This document shows, one piece after another, positions 32,463 through 50,797 of a DNA stretch of 64,000 nt. The DNA is taken from the NCBI RefSeq assembly GCF_009914755.1, contig NC_060942.1; one strand, given 5' to 3'. Under the pieces are notes generated by a model, which searched no databases, had not been told where the DNA came from, and saw nothing but the letters and a program-made list of their open reading frames with translations. This stretch comes from the human T2T-CHM13v2.0 reference genome, Homo sapiens. The position numbers and the translations under genes are program-made. Numbering within the stretch: position 1 is the first letter of the stretch; each line of letters starts with the position of its first letter.

Positions 32463-34128
32463 GCAATAATAATTCTTAACACCTATAAAGATTCACCATC
32501 ACTTAGGAATTTAAAATTGGGATGTCTTCTCTCTCTGTGTCTCTCTCTAGTGCACAGGTACTAGATGTGAGGAGGGCTCTGGATCCTCCGGGCACAGGAT
32601 TGCTTCAACAAAACATGATTTGTCTTCCCTCTGTAAATTCCTAAGGGTGGCTCAATAGAATCTGAGGAAGAGGAGAAGGAAAGGGGCACCATCCCCTGGG
32701 AGATAAGGAGAGGACACAGAAGGGACCTGTGGATTCTAAATAACACCTAGCTGCATGCTAGGCATTTACCATTCAGTCCTAGTTCCCAAGGTGGGTCTAA
32801 GGGTGGTTTTCCCCTCCTGAGGTAATTGTTTTACTTTATACTTCTACATTAATAAAGCCAAATCTCTTAAAAATTTCATTGTATTGGGGAATTTTCCCAA
32901 TTAATCCTAAAAACCCTTGGCAGCTTGAACAGTCTGGTAGATCCTGCCACCCCCCCAGCCCTTGGGACATTCCCAGCAATCGCCCGTCAGTGTGGTGGAC
33001 GCAGCCTCTGAATCTGGACTCTCCGGAGCCGCTGTAAAAGTGCAGAGGTTCTGCCTTGGTCATGGGCTGGTTTTAGGGACAGATATGTGGAGACATGGAA
33101 TCGGAGTGACTTGGAATTCTTTGAGGCACTGGGCAGGTTGACATCCGTGGGATTGAGGCTGACCGCAGTGGGAATATTTCCTTAAAGTGCATCGTGAGAA
33201 TGTGACGAGCCCTGCCATGTTCATTGTTTTCCATTCTTATAGCAACCCTCTGGGGTCACTACCCCCATTTTACAGGAGGGCAAGTAGTTAGGAAGCAGCA
33301 GAGCCTGCCTTCAAACCCAGGCCTGTTATTTTCAAGCCTCGCACTCCTCCCGCTCCACACCTGGCAGCCCCTGGAGGTCTCAATCCACAGCCGGGCTGAG
33401 CACCCTGAGGGTGCATGTGTGATGCCTACCGCAGCGGGTGCTGCATTGCCAGCCTCCCTGTCCGGGTGGAACGGCAGGAGGGAAGGGCCTGACATTTCTT
33501 ACAGCCTCCAATACCCATTGGTAGTGTTTGGATGTACGGCTGGTAGAAAACAGCACCGTGTTTCTTCTCTTTATTGGACTGGCGTTGTTTTCTTTCATGC
33601 TTCCAAATTGTCCCATCACCTCCTGCTCAGCCTGATGGTTTTAGTACTGGGGGCTTTGGGAGGTGTCTGGTCCACAGATAGCCTGCATTGTTGGTGAAGA
33701 CATCCAAGGACCCCAGAGGTGAGGCAGGATTATTCCCTCTGAGTTCACTTTGCCTCCCAACTCAGGGCTGAGTTTCTGTAGGGGCCAGAGTTTTCTCTTT
33801 CTGACACCACACACTGACTTGGGCTTATCAGCTTCTGGCCACCTCCCCCCTCAGCCCCTCGAGGCCTGTGTTGTATCTTGGTGGAATTTTTCCTATTAGC
33901 TCTTTTTCTAAAAAGATCTTACCAGTCGGGGGAGGGATCTGGGTGGGGCCAACACACAGAGCCTGTGCTGCTGAGATAAGGCCTGCCAGGAATTTGCAGC
34001 AGGTGTTGAGTTCCGTGGAGTTCAGAACACCTCTAATCCTCCTCAGGTTCCGAGGGGAGCAGATGGTTGTTCAGTTGGCAGAAAATTTGTCTTATTAGGG
34101 AGTAACCTCAGCCAGGAAATGTGGCTTA

Positions 34129-34498
<370 letters not shown>

Positions 34499-35735
34499 TT
34501 ACATCTTCCAGAGCCAGTTTTCTGTTTTCTACATCTCCAGGAACAGAATAACTTTCAGTTCAAAAAGTACCTTTTGTGTATAGCTTTGGGGGAATTTTCT
34601 TTCCTTCAGCTTTTAAACAAAAGTTTCGCCATCAATTGGCTGTTAGGAGGCTTGTTCCTTGGCATCGAAGGTAACTTGGAGTCAGCTGAGGAAGACTGAG
34701 CTCGTGTCAGAGACTCCTGCACGGGAGGGCTGGAATCCCAGGCGCCCAGCCCTCGAGAGCTGCAGACTGTTGCTATTTTGAGTTTCTTTCTTTGGGTTTC
34801 CATTCCTTATGGGCCCCTTGGGGCTGCTCCCTAGAATCTCCAGACCTTCCTTTCAGGTTTCTTATTTCTCTTGTTCCTGTCTCCTTCCTAGGTTCCCAGT
34901 GGAGGAGATGCCATGCTTGCAGGGCCCTTCGGCATTTCCAGAACATTTCCACACCATTATTTTATTCTTACCACAAGTTCAGCCAGGAGACTAGGCAGGG
35001 CCGAGACTGGGGCCTTGGAAAAAGAACTTCATGCTGAGGGGCTACACTTTCTACCTTCGTCTTACACAACAGTGAATAGCATTCAAATAGGGGTAATGGC
35101 CTTACGAAAAGCAGCCTGCTTTTTGTTAGAACTTGTCTTAATTAAGCTCCGTAACTGGTCTTCCTCTGTTGATGTGTTCCACCCACGTTGGCACGTGGTA
35201 TTTGAGTTAAAATCCTGAGGTAGCCGGAAAAGGGGAGGCAGGTGGGGGCAGGCTGCAGAGAACGGCAAGTGGGTGGGAACTCCATCCAGGTTGGGTGGGT
35301 GGCTGACGTGCTTCGGAAGAGGAGACAGAAGAGTTGTCCTACAGCCTGACATCTCCCACCACCAAGCTGTGTGATCACAGGCGAGTCACTTAGCCCGTCT
35401 GAGGCACACTTTCCTCACGTCTACATGACAGGGTTGTGGGGAGGAGGCCCCAGTGCGGGAACACAGCTGACAGAACTTTTAAAAATTGCGCTGTCACACT
35501 AACGTACTGCATACCCAGCAGGCACGTCTGGTGAACACTCACCGTTTTCATTGTTTGTCGGTTTGGAATGTTATTGCCTCACAGGTGATTTTATCTTTGA
35601 GGACTTTGGGTTTGAAGTTAATGCTTACGGACACATTGGAGAAAGGCTAAAATGCTCACGGTTGAAATCGTTAAATTCAGTGAATTAAGATAATAATGAT
35701 GCTGGCTTGCCTAAGATGAACTTTAAGTGAAGCTC

Positions 35736-35869
35736 AGCCGGGCACGGTAGTATGTTCCTGTAATTCCAGCTACTCGGGAGGCTGAGGCGGGAGGATCGCT
35801 TGAGTCAAGGAGTTTGAATCCAGCCTGGGCAACATAGTGAGACCCCCCTCTCTAAAAAATAAAATAAAA
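35736..35869 (+). mobile_element. Alu monomer (FLAM-like)
   Basis: Single arm with A-rich tail. Confidence 0.8.
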
Positions 35870-38156
35870 TTTAAGTGTAAAAAAATTAAGTGAAATTCTT
35901 AGAAATTGCACTGGAAGCCGAGCCAGCAGTGCAGTCTCTTTGGGGAAATGCACATAAGTGATTATGGTCAAAGTCAGTGCTGAAGTAGCCTGTGGGTATT
36001 TCTTACTGGTTCTGCAGGTGTCTGTGTGCCTGGAGTAGGTCAGTAAAGAAAGGTTAGCTAGATGGTGGATGTTGCTGTGAGTGGTGGTAAACTAGTGCCA
36101 ATCCCCAGGTGATCTATCCCACCGCCACTAATGTGTTCCTTGAATTCTTTTAGAAAAAAATCCTCTTCCTCGTGTGCCTAATATTGTTGTTACTAACATG
36201 TGCTGCGTGTACATAATGAAGTAGGTGCCGCATCCAACAGTTACACAGAACTTTACATCCTGTCTTTAAAAATCAAAAGCGGGGAAACCGTACCAGTGGT
36301 GAGGTTCCTTCTAGTCTCCCACACAAATGTTCTGATTTATCATTGGCCGCGTGACTTCTTTACTGCTCAGCGTTAACTACTTCCATCCTTGATGAAGTAG
36401 TTTTCTGGGCTTAAAAATAACAACAAACCACTTGATAACATGGTACAGCTGAGCATGATTTCTCCTTACAAAGAACCATTTTCCTGGGAGAATCGAGGGA
36501 GGAGCCCCTTATTTTTCAACATGACAGCAGTTCACACTGAAGGGAAAATAATGAAATGACTAAAACTAAACATGCCAGTAAGTTTTCTTCTTTCCTTCCT
36601 GTTTTAAAATGGTGATGAGGGCTGAAACAAAGTAGGGAGCATTCAAATGAGCCAAATTCCTGGTTCGAAAATGCTGTAAAAGCAAACGTTTCTGGGTGTG
36701 TCACTTAGAAGGACCCAGAAGGACTCAGCTGCCCTTTTTTTGTTCCACCTAAGAAAATATTAGAAGATGAGGGAATACGCCTAAGAATTACTCTTTGCAG
36801 TGTCAGCCTTTCAGGACAATGTATTTTATTATGTGTTTGGTTAAAGAAAAACTGTGTAGGTGAAGTTTTTTAAGTGGATCATTTCAATGGAAGAATTTGC
36901 TGAGACTTTGCAGCTTTTCCCCAACTTTTCCCATCTCTGTGCACCTTTGTGATTGCACAGGTTCTGCCTAATGCATGGCCTTCATTAGGTTATGTTTTAC
37001 AGAGATTTACTCTCAGTCCATCAGAAGACAAGGCACAAGATGTTTCCCTCTTACTTGAAGTGGTTTCCCTACATCTGCTTGACAGGGATGTTGTGAGAGG
37101 ATAATGAGGTAAAGACCTAAAAGTGTTTTCTAAACCATAGTGGTGACAATGCTGCTTGTTTTTCTGCTAACTGAAGCTTTTGCACATATCTTGAAACGGA
37201 GGAGGAAAGCCGAGGGGGCGATTGCGACAGAACTCAGGGCGTGGGACGAGTTTTGCAATCCAGCCCTTCTTGGGGAGAACCTCTCTCCATTAAAGCGACT
37301 CTGGCTTGCCTTTAGCCTTTGAATGAAGGACTGGGGCAGGGAGGCATGGTCAAGCCTTTCTTAATATTTCACACATTCCAGAACCTTGAGTCCGGTCTGT
37401 TGTGCTGACGATGCTCTGGCCTGGTTTATGTCAGGCATCTCTGACCTTGGAGATTTTGGGCAGCTTTCAGCAGGAGCAGCAGCCTGCTGGTGCCAGGAAG
37501 CAAGGTCAGGGCCCCCACTCCACCACGATGGGCAATGCGCCCTTTCCCATCACAACAAGTTTCATCACCTCCTGGCCACTCTCGAGATTTGCGAGTCATT
37601 CTGTTGCATTGCTGCTGAAAATAACTGGCAAGGCAAGGCACAGATCTCCTTCTCACGGCCGGTGCAGGGGGAAAGCAGAAATGCCGCTGTATCTCGTGTC
37701 TGGAACCAAAGAGCAAAGCACTTTCTAGAAACTCCTTGTCAGAATCATTACCGGAAAATGAGTAATCCCAATTAGGAAGCACTTTTTGTTGTATTTTCTT
37801 TTTTATTTTTTTTTATTTCCATAGGTTTTTGGGGAATGGCTGGTATTTGGTTACATGAGTAAATTCTTTAGTGGTGATTTATGAGATTTTGGTGCACCCA
37901 TCACTTGAGCAGTATACACGGAACCCAATTTGTAGTTTTTTATTTCTCACCCACTTCCCATCCTTTTCCCCTGAGTCCCCAAAGTCCACTGTGTCATTCT
38001 TAGGCCTTTGCATCCTCATAGTTTGGCTCCCACTTATGAGTGAGAACATAATGTTTGGTTTTCCACTCCTGAGTTACTTCATTTAGAATAATAGTCTCCA
38101 ATTCCATCCAGGTTGCTGCGAATACCATTAATTCATCCCTTTTTATAGCTGAGTAG

Positions 38157-38600
<444 letters not shown>

Positions 38601-40091
38601 TGATTGATGCACATTTGGGTTGGTTCCACATTTTTGCAATCGCGAATTGTGCTGCTGTAAATATTTACGTGTAAGTATCTTTTTCATATAATGACTTCTT
38701 TGTCTCTGGGTAGATACCCGGTAGTGGGGTTGCTGGATCAAATGGTAGTTCTACTTTTAGTTCTTTAAGGAACCCCCATGCTGTTTTCCGTAGTGGTTGG
38801 GCTAGTTTACGTTCCCATCAGCAGTGTAGAAGTGTTCCCTTTTCACCACATACAAGCCAATATCTATTATTTTTAAATTTTTTTGATTATGGCCATTCTT
38901 GCGGGAGTAAGGTGGTATCGCATTGTGGTTTTGATTTTCATTTCCCTGATCATTAGTAATGTTGAGGATTTTTTCATATGTTTTTTGGCCATTTGTACAT
39001 CTTCTTTTGGGAATTGTCCATTCATGTCCTTAGCCTACTTTTTGATGGGATTGTTTGTTTTCTTCTTGCTAATTTGTTTGAGTTTGCTGTAGATTCTGGA
39101 TATTAGTCCTTTGTCAGATGTATAGACTGTGAAGATTTTCTCCTACTCTGTGGGTTGTCTGTTTACCCTGCTGACTGTTCCTTTTGCCTTGCAAAAGCTC
39201 TTTAGTTTAATTAAGTCCCACCTATTTATCTTTGTTTTTGTTGCATGTGCTTTTGCATTCTTGGTGATGAAGTCTTTACCTAAGCCAATGTCTAGAAGGG
39301 CTTTTCCAATGTTATCTTCTAGCATTTTTATAGTTTCAGGTCCTAGATTTAAGTCCTTGATCCATCTTGAGTTGATTTTTGTGTAAGGTGAGAGATGAGG
39401 ATCCAGTTTCATTCTTCTACATGTGGCTTGCCAGTTATCCCAGAACCATTTGTTAAATAGGGTGTCCTTTCCCCACTTTATGTTTTTGTTTCCTTTATTG
39501 ACTATCAGTTGGCTGTAAGTATTTGGGTTTATACCTGGGTTCTCTATTCTGTTCCATTGGTCTATGTGCCTATTTTTATACCAGTACCATGCTGTTTTGG
39601 TGACTATGGCTTTATAGTATAGTTTGAAGTCAGATAATGTGATGCCTCCAGATTTGTTCTTTTTGCTTAGTTTTGCTTTGGCTATGTGGGCTCTTTTTTG
39701 GTTCTATAAGAATTTTAGGATTTTTTTCTAGTTCTGTGAAGAATGATGGTGTTATTTTGATGGGAATTGCATTGAATTTGTAGATTGCTCTTGACAGTAT
39801 GGTCATTTTCACAATACTGATTCTACCCATCCATGAACATGGTGTGTGTTTCCATTTGTTTATGTCATCTATGATTCCTTTTTTTTAATATACTTTAAGT
39901 TTTAGGGTACATGTGCACAATGTGTAGGTTCGTTACATAGGTATACATGTGCCGTGTTGGTGTGCTGCACCCATTAACTTGTCATTTAACATTAGGCATA
40001 TCTCCTAATGCTATCCCTCCCACTTCCCCCAACCCCACAACAGGCCCCAGTGTGTGATGTTCCCCTTCCTGTGTCCATGTGTTATCATTGT

Positions 40092-43898
<3,807 letters not shown>

Positions 43899-43961
43899 TA
43901 TGTTGTTAGCTGGTTATTTTGCTCATTAGTTGATGCAGTTTCTTCCTAGCCTTGATGGTCT

Positions 43962-44973
43962 TTACATTTTGGCATGTTTTTGCAGTGGCTGGTACCGGTT
44001 GTTCCTTTCCATATTTAGTGCTTCCTGCAGGAGCTCTTTTAGGGCAGGCCTGGTGGTGACAAAATCTCTCAGCATTTGCTTGTCTGTAAAGTATTTTATT
44101 TCTCCTTCACTTATGAAACTTAGTTTGGCTGGATATGAAATTCTGGGTTGAAAATTCTTTTCTTTAAGAATGTTGAATATTGGCCCCCACTCTCTTCTTG
44201 TAGAGTTTCTGCTGAGAGATCAGCTATTAGTCTGATGGGCTTCCCTTTGTGGGTAACCTGACCTTTCTCTCTGGCTGCCCTTAACATTTTTTCCTTCATT
44301 TCAACTTTGGTGAATCTGACAATTATGTGTCTTGGAGTTGCTCTTCTCAAGGAGTCTCTTTGTGGCATTCTCTGTATTTCCTGAATTTGAATGTTGGCCT
44401 GCCTTACTAGATTGGGGAAGTTCTCCTGGATAATATCCTGCAGAGTGTTTTCCAACTTGGTTCCATTCTCCCCGTCACTTTCAGGTACACCAATCAGACG
44501 TAGATTTGGTCTTTTCACATAGTCCCATATTTCTTGGAGGCTTTGTTCGTTTCTTTTTATTCTTTTTTCTCTAAACTTCTCTTCTCACTTCATTTCATTC
44601 ATTTGATCTTCCATCACTGATACCCTTTCTTCCAGTTGATCGCATCAGCTACTGAGGCTTGTGCATTCGTCACGTAGTTCTTGTGCTGTGGTTTTCAGCT
44701 CCATCAGGTCCTTTAAGGACTTCTCTGCATTTGTTATTCTAGTTAGCCATTTGTCTAATTTTTTTTCAAGGTTTTTAACTTCTTTGCCATGGGTTTGAAC
44801 TTCCTCCTTTAGCTCGTAGTAGTTTGATCTTCTGAAGCCTTCTTCTCTCAACTTGTCAAAGTCATTCTGCGTCCAGCTTTGTTCCGCTGCTGGTGAGGAG
44901 CTGTGTTCCTTTGGAGGAGGAGAGGCAATCTGATTTTTAGAGTTTCCAGTTTTTCTGCTCTGTTTTTCCCCAT
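43962..44973 (-). pseudogene. L1 ORF1, frameshifted
   Basis: Fragments 44645-45235 and 44120-44518 (KRPNLRLIGVPE...ENFPNL) lie in different frames. Confidence 0.9.
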
Positions 44974-45542
44974 CTTTGGTTTTATCTGCCTTTGATCTTT
45001 GATGATGGTGACGTACAGTTGGGGTTTTGGTGTGGATGTCCTTTCTGTTAGTTTTCCTTCTAACAGTCAGGATCCTCAGCTGCAGGTCTGTTGGAGTTTG
45101 CTGGAGGTCCACTCCAGACCCTGTTTGCCTGGGTATCAGCAGCGGAGGCTGCAGAACAGCGGATATTGGTGAACAGCAAATGTTGCTGGCTGATCGTTCC
45201 TCTGGAAGTTTTGTCTCAGAGGAGCACCTGGCCATGTGAGGTGTGAGTCTGCCCCTACTGGGGGGTGCCTCCCAGTTAGGCTACTCAGGGATCAGGGACC
45301 CACTTGAGGAGGCAGTCTGTCCGTTCTCAGATCTCCAGCTGTGTGCTGGGAGAACCATTACTCTCTTCAAAGCTGTCAGACTGGGACATTTAAGTCTGCA
45401 GAGGTTTCTGCTGCCTTTTGTTTGGCTATGCCCTGCCCCCAGAGGTGCAGTCTACAGAGGCAGGCAGGCCTCCTTGAGCTACGGTGGGCTCCAACCAGTT
45501 CAAGCTTCCCAGACGCTTTGTTTACCTACTCAAGCGTCGGCA

Positions 45543-45683
45543 ATGGCAGGTGCCCCTCCCCCAGCCTCACTGCCACCTTGCAGTTTGATCTCAGACTGCT
45601 GTGCTAGCAATGAGCGAGGCTTCATGGGTGTAGGACCTTCCGAGCCTGGTGCGGGATATAATCTGGTGTGTGCTGTTTGCTAA
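45543..45683 (+). other. L1 antisense ORF0, truncated (46 aa)
   Basis: MAGAPPPASLPPCSLISDCCASNERGFMGVGPSEPGAGYNLV matches the primate L1 ORF0 N-terminus, then terminates early. Confidence 0.7.
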
Positions 45684-46923
45684 GACCATTGGAAAAGTGC
45701 AGTATTAGGGTGGGAGTGACCTGATTTTCCAGGTGCTGTCTGTCACCCCTTTCTTTGATTAGGAAAGGGAATTCCCCAACCCCTTGCCCTTCCTGGGTGA
45801 GGCAATGCCTCGCCCTGCTTCGGCTCACACTGAGTGTGCTGCACCCACTGTCCGACACTCCCCAGTGAGACGAACCCGATACCTCAGTTGGAAATGCAGA
45901 AATCACCTGTCTTCTGCGTCGCTCACGCTGGGAGCTGTAGACTGGAGCTGTTCCTATTTGGCCATCTTGGCTCCTTCCCCTCTATGATTTCTTTCAGCAG
46001 TGTTTTGTAGTTTTCCTTGTGGAGGTCTTTTACCTTCTTGGTTAGGTATATTCCTAAGTTTTGTTTTTGTTTTTGTATCTATTGTAAAAGGGGTTGAGTT
46101 TGTGATTTGATTCTCAGCTTGGTCACTTTTGGTGTATACGCTTTTGGTGTATATCAGAACTACTGATTTGTGTACATTAATTTTGTATCTTGAAACTTTG
46201 CTGAATTCACTTATCAGTTCTAGGAGCTTTTTGGAGGAGTTTTAGGGTTTTCTACGTATATAATCATATCATCAGCAAACAGTGACAGTTTGACTTCCTC
46301 TTTACAGATTTGGATGCCCTTTATTTCTTTCTTGTCTGATTGCTCTGGCTAGGACTTCCAGTACTATGTTGAATAGAGAAGTGGTGAGAGTGGGCATCCT
46401 TGTCTTATTCCAGTTCTCAGAGGGAAAGCTTTCAACTTTTCTCTGTTCAGTATTATGTTGGCTGTAGGTTTGTCATAGATGGCTTTTATTACATTGAAGT
46501 ATGTCTCTTGTATGCCGATTTTGCTGAGGATTTTAATCATAAAGCAATGCTGGATTTTATTAAATGCTTTTTCTGCGTCTATTGAGATGATCATGTGATT
46601 TTTGTTTTTAATTTGGTTTATGTGGTATATCACATTTATTGACTTGCATATGTGAAACCATCCCTGCATCCCTGGTATGAAACCCACTTGATATGGTGGC
46701 TTATCTTTTCGATATGCTGTTGGTTTGGTTAGCTAGTATTTTGTTAAGGATTTTTGCATCTATGTTCATCAGGGATATTGGTCTGTAGTTTTCTTTTTTT
46801 GTTAGGTCGTTTCCTGGTTTTGGTATTAGGAGGATACTGGCTTTATAGAATGATTTAGGGAGGATTCTCTCTTTCTCTGTCTTGTGGAATAGTGTCAATA
46901 GGATTGGTACCAATTCTTCTTTA

Positions 46924-48450
46924 TTTTATTTTTATTTTTTATTTTTTTAAGACAATAGTAGTTATTTATTTTGTTTGTAGGTCTTTATTTATTTATTTAT
47001 TTATTTATTGATCATTCTTGGGTGTTTCTCGCAGAGGGGGATTTGGCAGGGTCATAGGACAATAGTGGAGGGAAGGTCAGCAGATAAACAAGTGAACAAA
47101 GGTCTCTGGCTTTCCTAGGCAGAGGACCCTGCGGCCTTCCGCAGTGTTTGTGTCCCTGGGTACTTAAGATTAGGGAGTGGTGATGACTCTCAACGAGCAT
47201 GCTGCCTTCAAGCATCTGTTTAACAAAGCACATCTTGCACCGCCCTTAATCCATTTAACCCTGAGTGGACACAGCACATGTTTCAGAGAGCACAGGGTTG
47301 GGGATAAGGTCACAGATCAACAGGATCCCAAGGCAGAATAACTTTTCTTAGTACAGAACAAAACAAAAAGTCTCCCATGTCTACTTCTTTCTACACAGAC
47401 ACGGCAACCATCCGATTTCTCAGTCTTTTCCCCACCTTTCCCTCCTCTCTATTCCACAAAACCGCCATTGTCATCATGGCCCGTTCTCAATGAGCTGTTG
47501 GGTACACCTCCCAGAGTGGGTGGTGGCCGGGCAGAGGGGCTCCTCACTTCCCAGTAGGGGCGGCCGGGCAGAGGCGCCCCTCACCTCCCGGACGGGGCGG
47601 CTGGCCGGGCAGGGGGCTGACCCCCCCACCTCCCTCCCGGACGGGGTGGCTGCCGGGCGGAGATGCTCCTCACTTCCCAGACGGGGTGGCTGCTGGACGG
47701 GGCTCCTCACTTCTCAGATGGAGCGGCTGCCGGGTGGAGGGACTCCTGACTTCTCAGATGGGGCGGTTGCCAGGCAGAGGGTCTCCTCACTTCTCAGACG
47801 GGGTGGCTGGGCAGAGACGCTCCTCACATCCCAGATGGGGCGGCGGGGCAGAGGCGCTCCCCACATCTCAGACGATGGGCGGCCAGGCAGAGACGCTCCT
47901 CACTTCCTAGATGGGATGGCGGCGGGGAAGAGGCGCTCCTCACTTTCCAGACTGGGCAGCCAGGCAGAGGGGCTCCTCACATCCCAGACGATGGGCGGCC
48001 ACGCAGAGACACTCCTCACTTCCCCGACAGGGTGGCGGCTGGGCAGAGACTGCAATCTCGGCTCTTTGGGAGGCCAAGGCAGGCGGCTGGGAGGTGGTTG
48101 CAGCCAGCCAAGATCACACCACTGCACTCCAGCCTGGGCACCATTGAGCACTGAGTGAACGAGGCTCCCTCTGCAATCCCGGCACCTCGGGAGGCCGAGG
48201 CTGGCGGATCACTCGCGGTTAGGAGCTGGAGACCAGCCCGGCCAACACAGCGAAACCCCGTCTCCACCAAAAAAATACGAAAACCAGTCAGGCGTGGCGG
48301 CGCGTGCCTGCAATCGCAGGCACTCGGCAGGCTGAGGCAGGAGAATCAGGCAGGGAGGCTGCAGTGAGCCGAGATGGCAGCAGCACAGTCCAGCTTCGGC
48401 TCGGCATCAGACGGAGACCGTGGAAAGAGGAGAGGGAGAGGGAGAGGGAG
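46924..48450 (-). mobile_element. SVA retrotransposon (subfamily not determined)
   Basis: Short (CCCTCT)n head, Alu-like domain, GC-rich VNTR, SINE-R and A-rich tail. 15-bp TSD ACCAATTCTTCTTTA (46909-46923 / 48451-48465). Confidence 0.95.
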
Positions 48451-49210
48451 ACCAATTCTTCTTTAAATGTCTGTTAGGATTTAGCTGTGAATCCATCTGG
48501 TCCTGGACATTTTTCTTGTTGTATTTTCAAAATGCTAACATACATCTGTGATGTTTTGTGTTATTTTACACAATATGTCAGTTTGAAGGGAGTTTTTTTT
48601 TTTTTTAATCCTGTTTGGCTTTCTTCCTTAATCATTGATCCAATACCTTTAAAAGAACAAAAGTAAATATTAGACCTGAGTTCTCTATAGGCAGAAACAA
48701 TTGGTTATGTGTCTGAAGAGTAATCTGATACATTTTTAAAAAACCAACTCTAGTTAAACCTACATTCTGAAACTTTGACAAAGACTTAATGATGCTGATT
48801 TTAGTTTCTATGTAATTGAAATATGTTATTGCATAGTCAAGAAAAGACTTCTCTGGTACTTCCCTTTCACAGATTTGAAGAGATTTAAAAATACCTTAAT
48901 GCAGAAATTACATAGTTAAAAAAAAAAAAGCTTAATTGAAGTATAATTTACATGAGTAAGCCACATATTTGAAGTTGTACAGTTTAATATTTTGACATAT
49001 ATACCCGTGAAACCAACATCACAATCAACATATCCCTTGCTAATCTCTCCCTCCAGTTTCTCTCCACGTACCCCCTCCCTGGGAACTGCTGATCCACTTT
49101 CCCTCACTAGGGATAAGTTTGCATATTTTAAAGTTTTATGTAAATAGAGTCATACAGGTTGTACTCTCTTTTGACTGGCTTCTTTCATTGAACAGAAAGA
49201 TTTTGAGATT

Positions 49211-49407
49211 CATTCATGTTGTAGTATGTATCAGTAGCTGATTTTTTTTTTTGAGATGGGATCTCACTATATTGCCCAGACTGGTTTTTGAACTCCTGGG
49301 CTTAAGTGATCCTCCCACCTCAGCCTCCTGAGTGGCTAGGACTCCAGGTGTGTGCCACTGCACCTGGCTGTAGTTGATTACTTTTTGTTGTTGGATAGAT
49401 TCCTCTG

Positions 49408-49450
<43 letters not shown>

Positions 49451-49509
49451 ACCATCATTTGTATAGTTGCTGAAGACGTGGTGAAATACAGAGTGGGCAA
49501 AATAACTTT
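49211..49509 (+). repeat. Dispersed direct duplication B, copy 1
   Basis: L1M fragment, Alu monomer, (TG)n and unique flank, all shared with 53809-54088. Confidence 0.85.
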
Positions 49510-49597
49510 TACTGATAGTAAGGATACTTCTCGGAGTTTCTGAAGAACAACTGATATGGGAAATACATTACAGATATAGAACACTAGATAATAATGG

Positions 49598-49898
49598 ACT
49601 AGGCATGGTGGCTCACACCTGTAACACGACACTTTGGGAGGCTGAGGCAGGTGGATCACTTGGGCTCAGGTGTTAGAGACCAGCCTGGGCAACATGGCAA
49701 AACCCAGTCTCTACCAAAAATACAAAAATTAGCTGGGCGTGGTGGTGCACGCCTGTGGTCCCAGCTACTCAGGAGGCTGAGGTGGGAGGATCGCTTGGGC
49801 TGGGGAGGTTGAGGCTACAGTGAACTATGATTGTGCCACTGCACTCCAGCCTACGTGACAGACCCTGTCTCAAAAGAAATAAGTAAATAAAAATAAAA
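49598..49898 (+). mobile_element. AluJ-like
   Basis: Alu consensus. Confidence 0.88.
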
Positions 49899-50419
49899 AC
49901 ATAATGAAGTAAAAAACATTTCACATTTATAGCCCTGGAAAATGTTGGATTAAGGATTCATAATTAGCATAAGCCATTTTGAATTGTCAGAAAGCTCAAC
50001 AGGCTTGAAAGAAGACTTATTATTTGAAGACTATTTGTTTCATTAAACAAATATTTTTGTTCAAAGCCTACATGTGGCCCAGAACTAGTTTCTACAGTGA
50101 TACAGTAAGGATCTTTCTGTTGGCTTCTGGAAGTGCACATCTAGCAAGTGAATTGAAAGATAAACATAAATAATTACGACATAAAAGGTGGGAATGAGAA
50201 TTGTAGTAAGAGAAACACAACGTGCTGGGGTGTTCAGAGGTAGAAGAAAGTTATTTCCAGCCAGGAGGAATCCGAGAACTTGTTTGCAAGTGGTGACGTC
50301 TTATGGCTTTGAAGGAAGCTTCTAGTTGAATATATGCAGATGTGAGAGAAGGCCAAGGTCAGCGTAAGCCAAGACACACGAGCAGGGACCTGGAGGTGGG
50401 TGTCCACAGGGGGTCGTAG

Positions 50420-50797
50420 ATCAAGACATCAGCAGGGTTGGTTCTCCTGAGGGCTTCGAGGGAAGGATCTGTTCCAGGCCTCTCTCCATGGCTTGTAGAT
50501 GTCCGTCTTCTCCCTGTGTCTCTTCACATAATCTTCCCTTCTGTGTGTGTCTGTCTCTGTCTCCAAATTCCCCCACCACCCTTTTTTTCTTTAGCTACCT
50601 GTTAACTAAATTTTCCCTGGTTTCTAAGGACACTAGACCTATTGGATCAGTACCCACTCTAATGACTTTGTTTTAACTTGTTTTAACTTGATCACCTCTG
50701 TAAAGACCCTATCTCCAAATAAAGTCACATTTTCCGGTACTGGGGGTTGGGACTCCAAAATATCTTTCTGGGGGGCACACAATTCAGTCCAGAACAC
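50420..50797 (-). mobile_element. MLT1-family MaLR LTR
   Basis: AAAGACCCTATCTCCAAATAAAGTCACATT...CACAATTCAGTCCAGAACA terminus. Confidence 0.7.

Noticed and set aside
47474-48367. Regularly spaced repeats and a 222-aa ORF resembling an array or gene
   Set aside because: SVA VNTR and Alu-like domain. There are no unique spacers, so it is not a CRISPR array.
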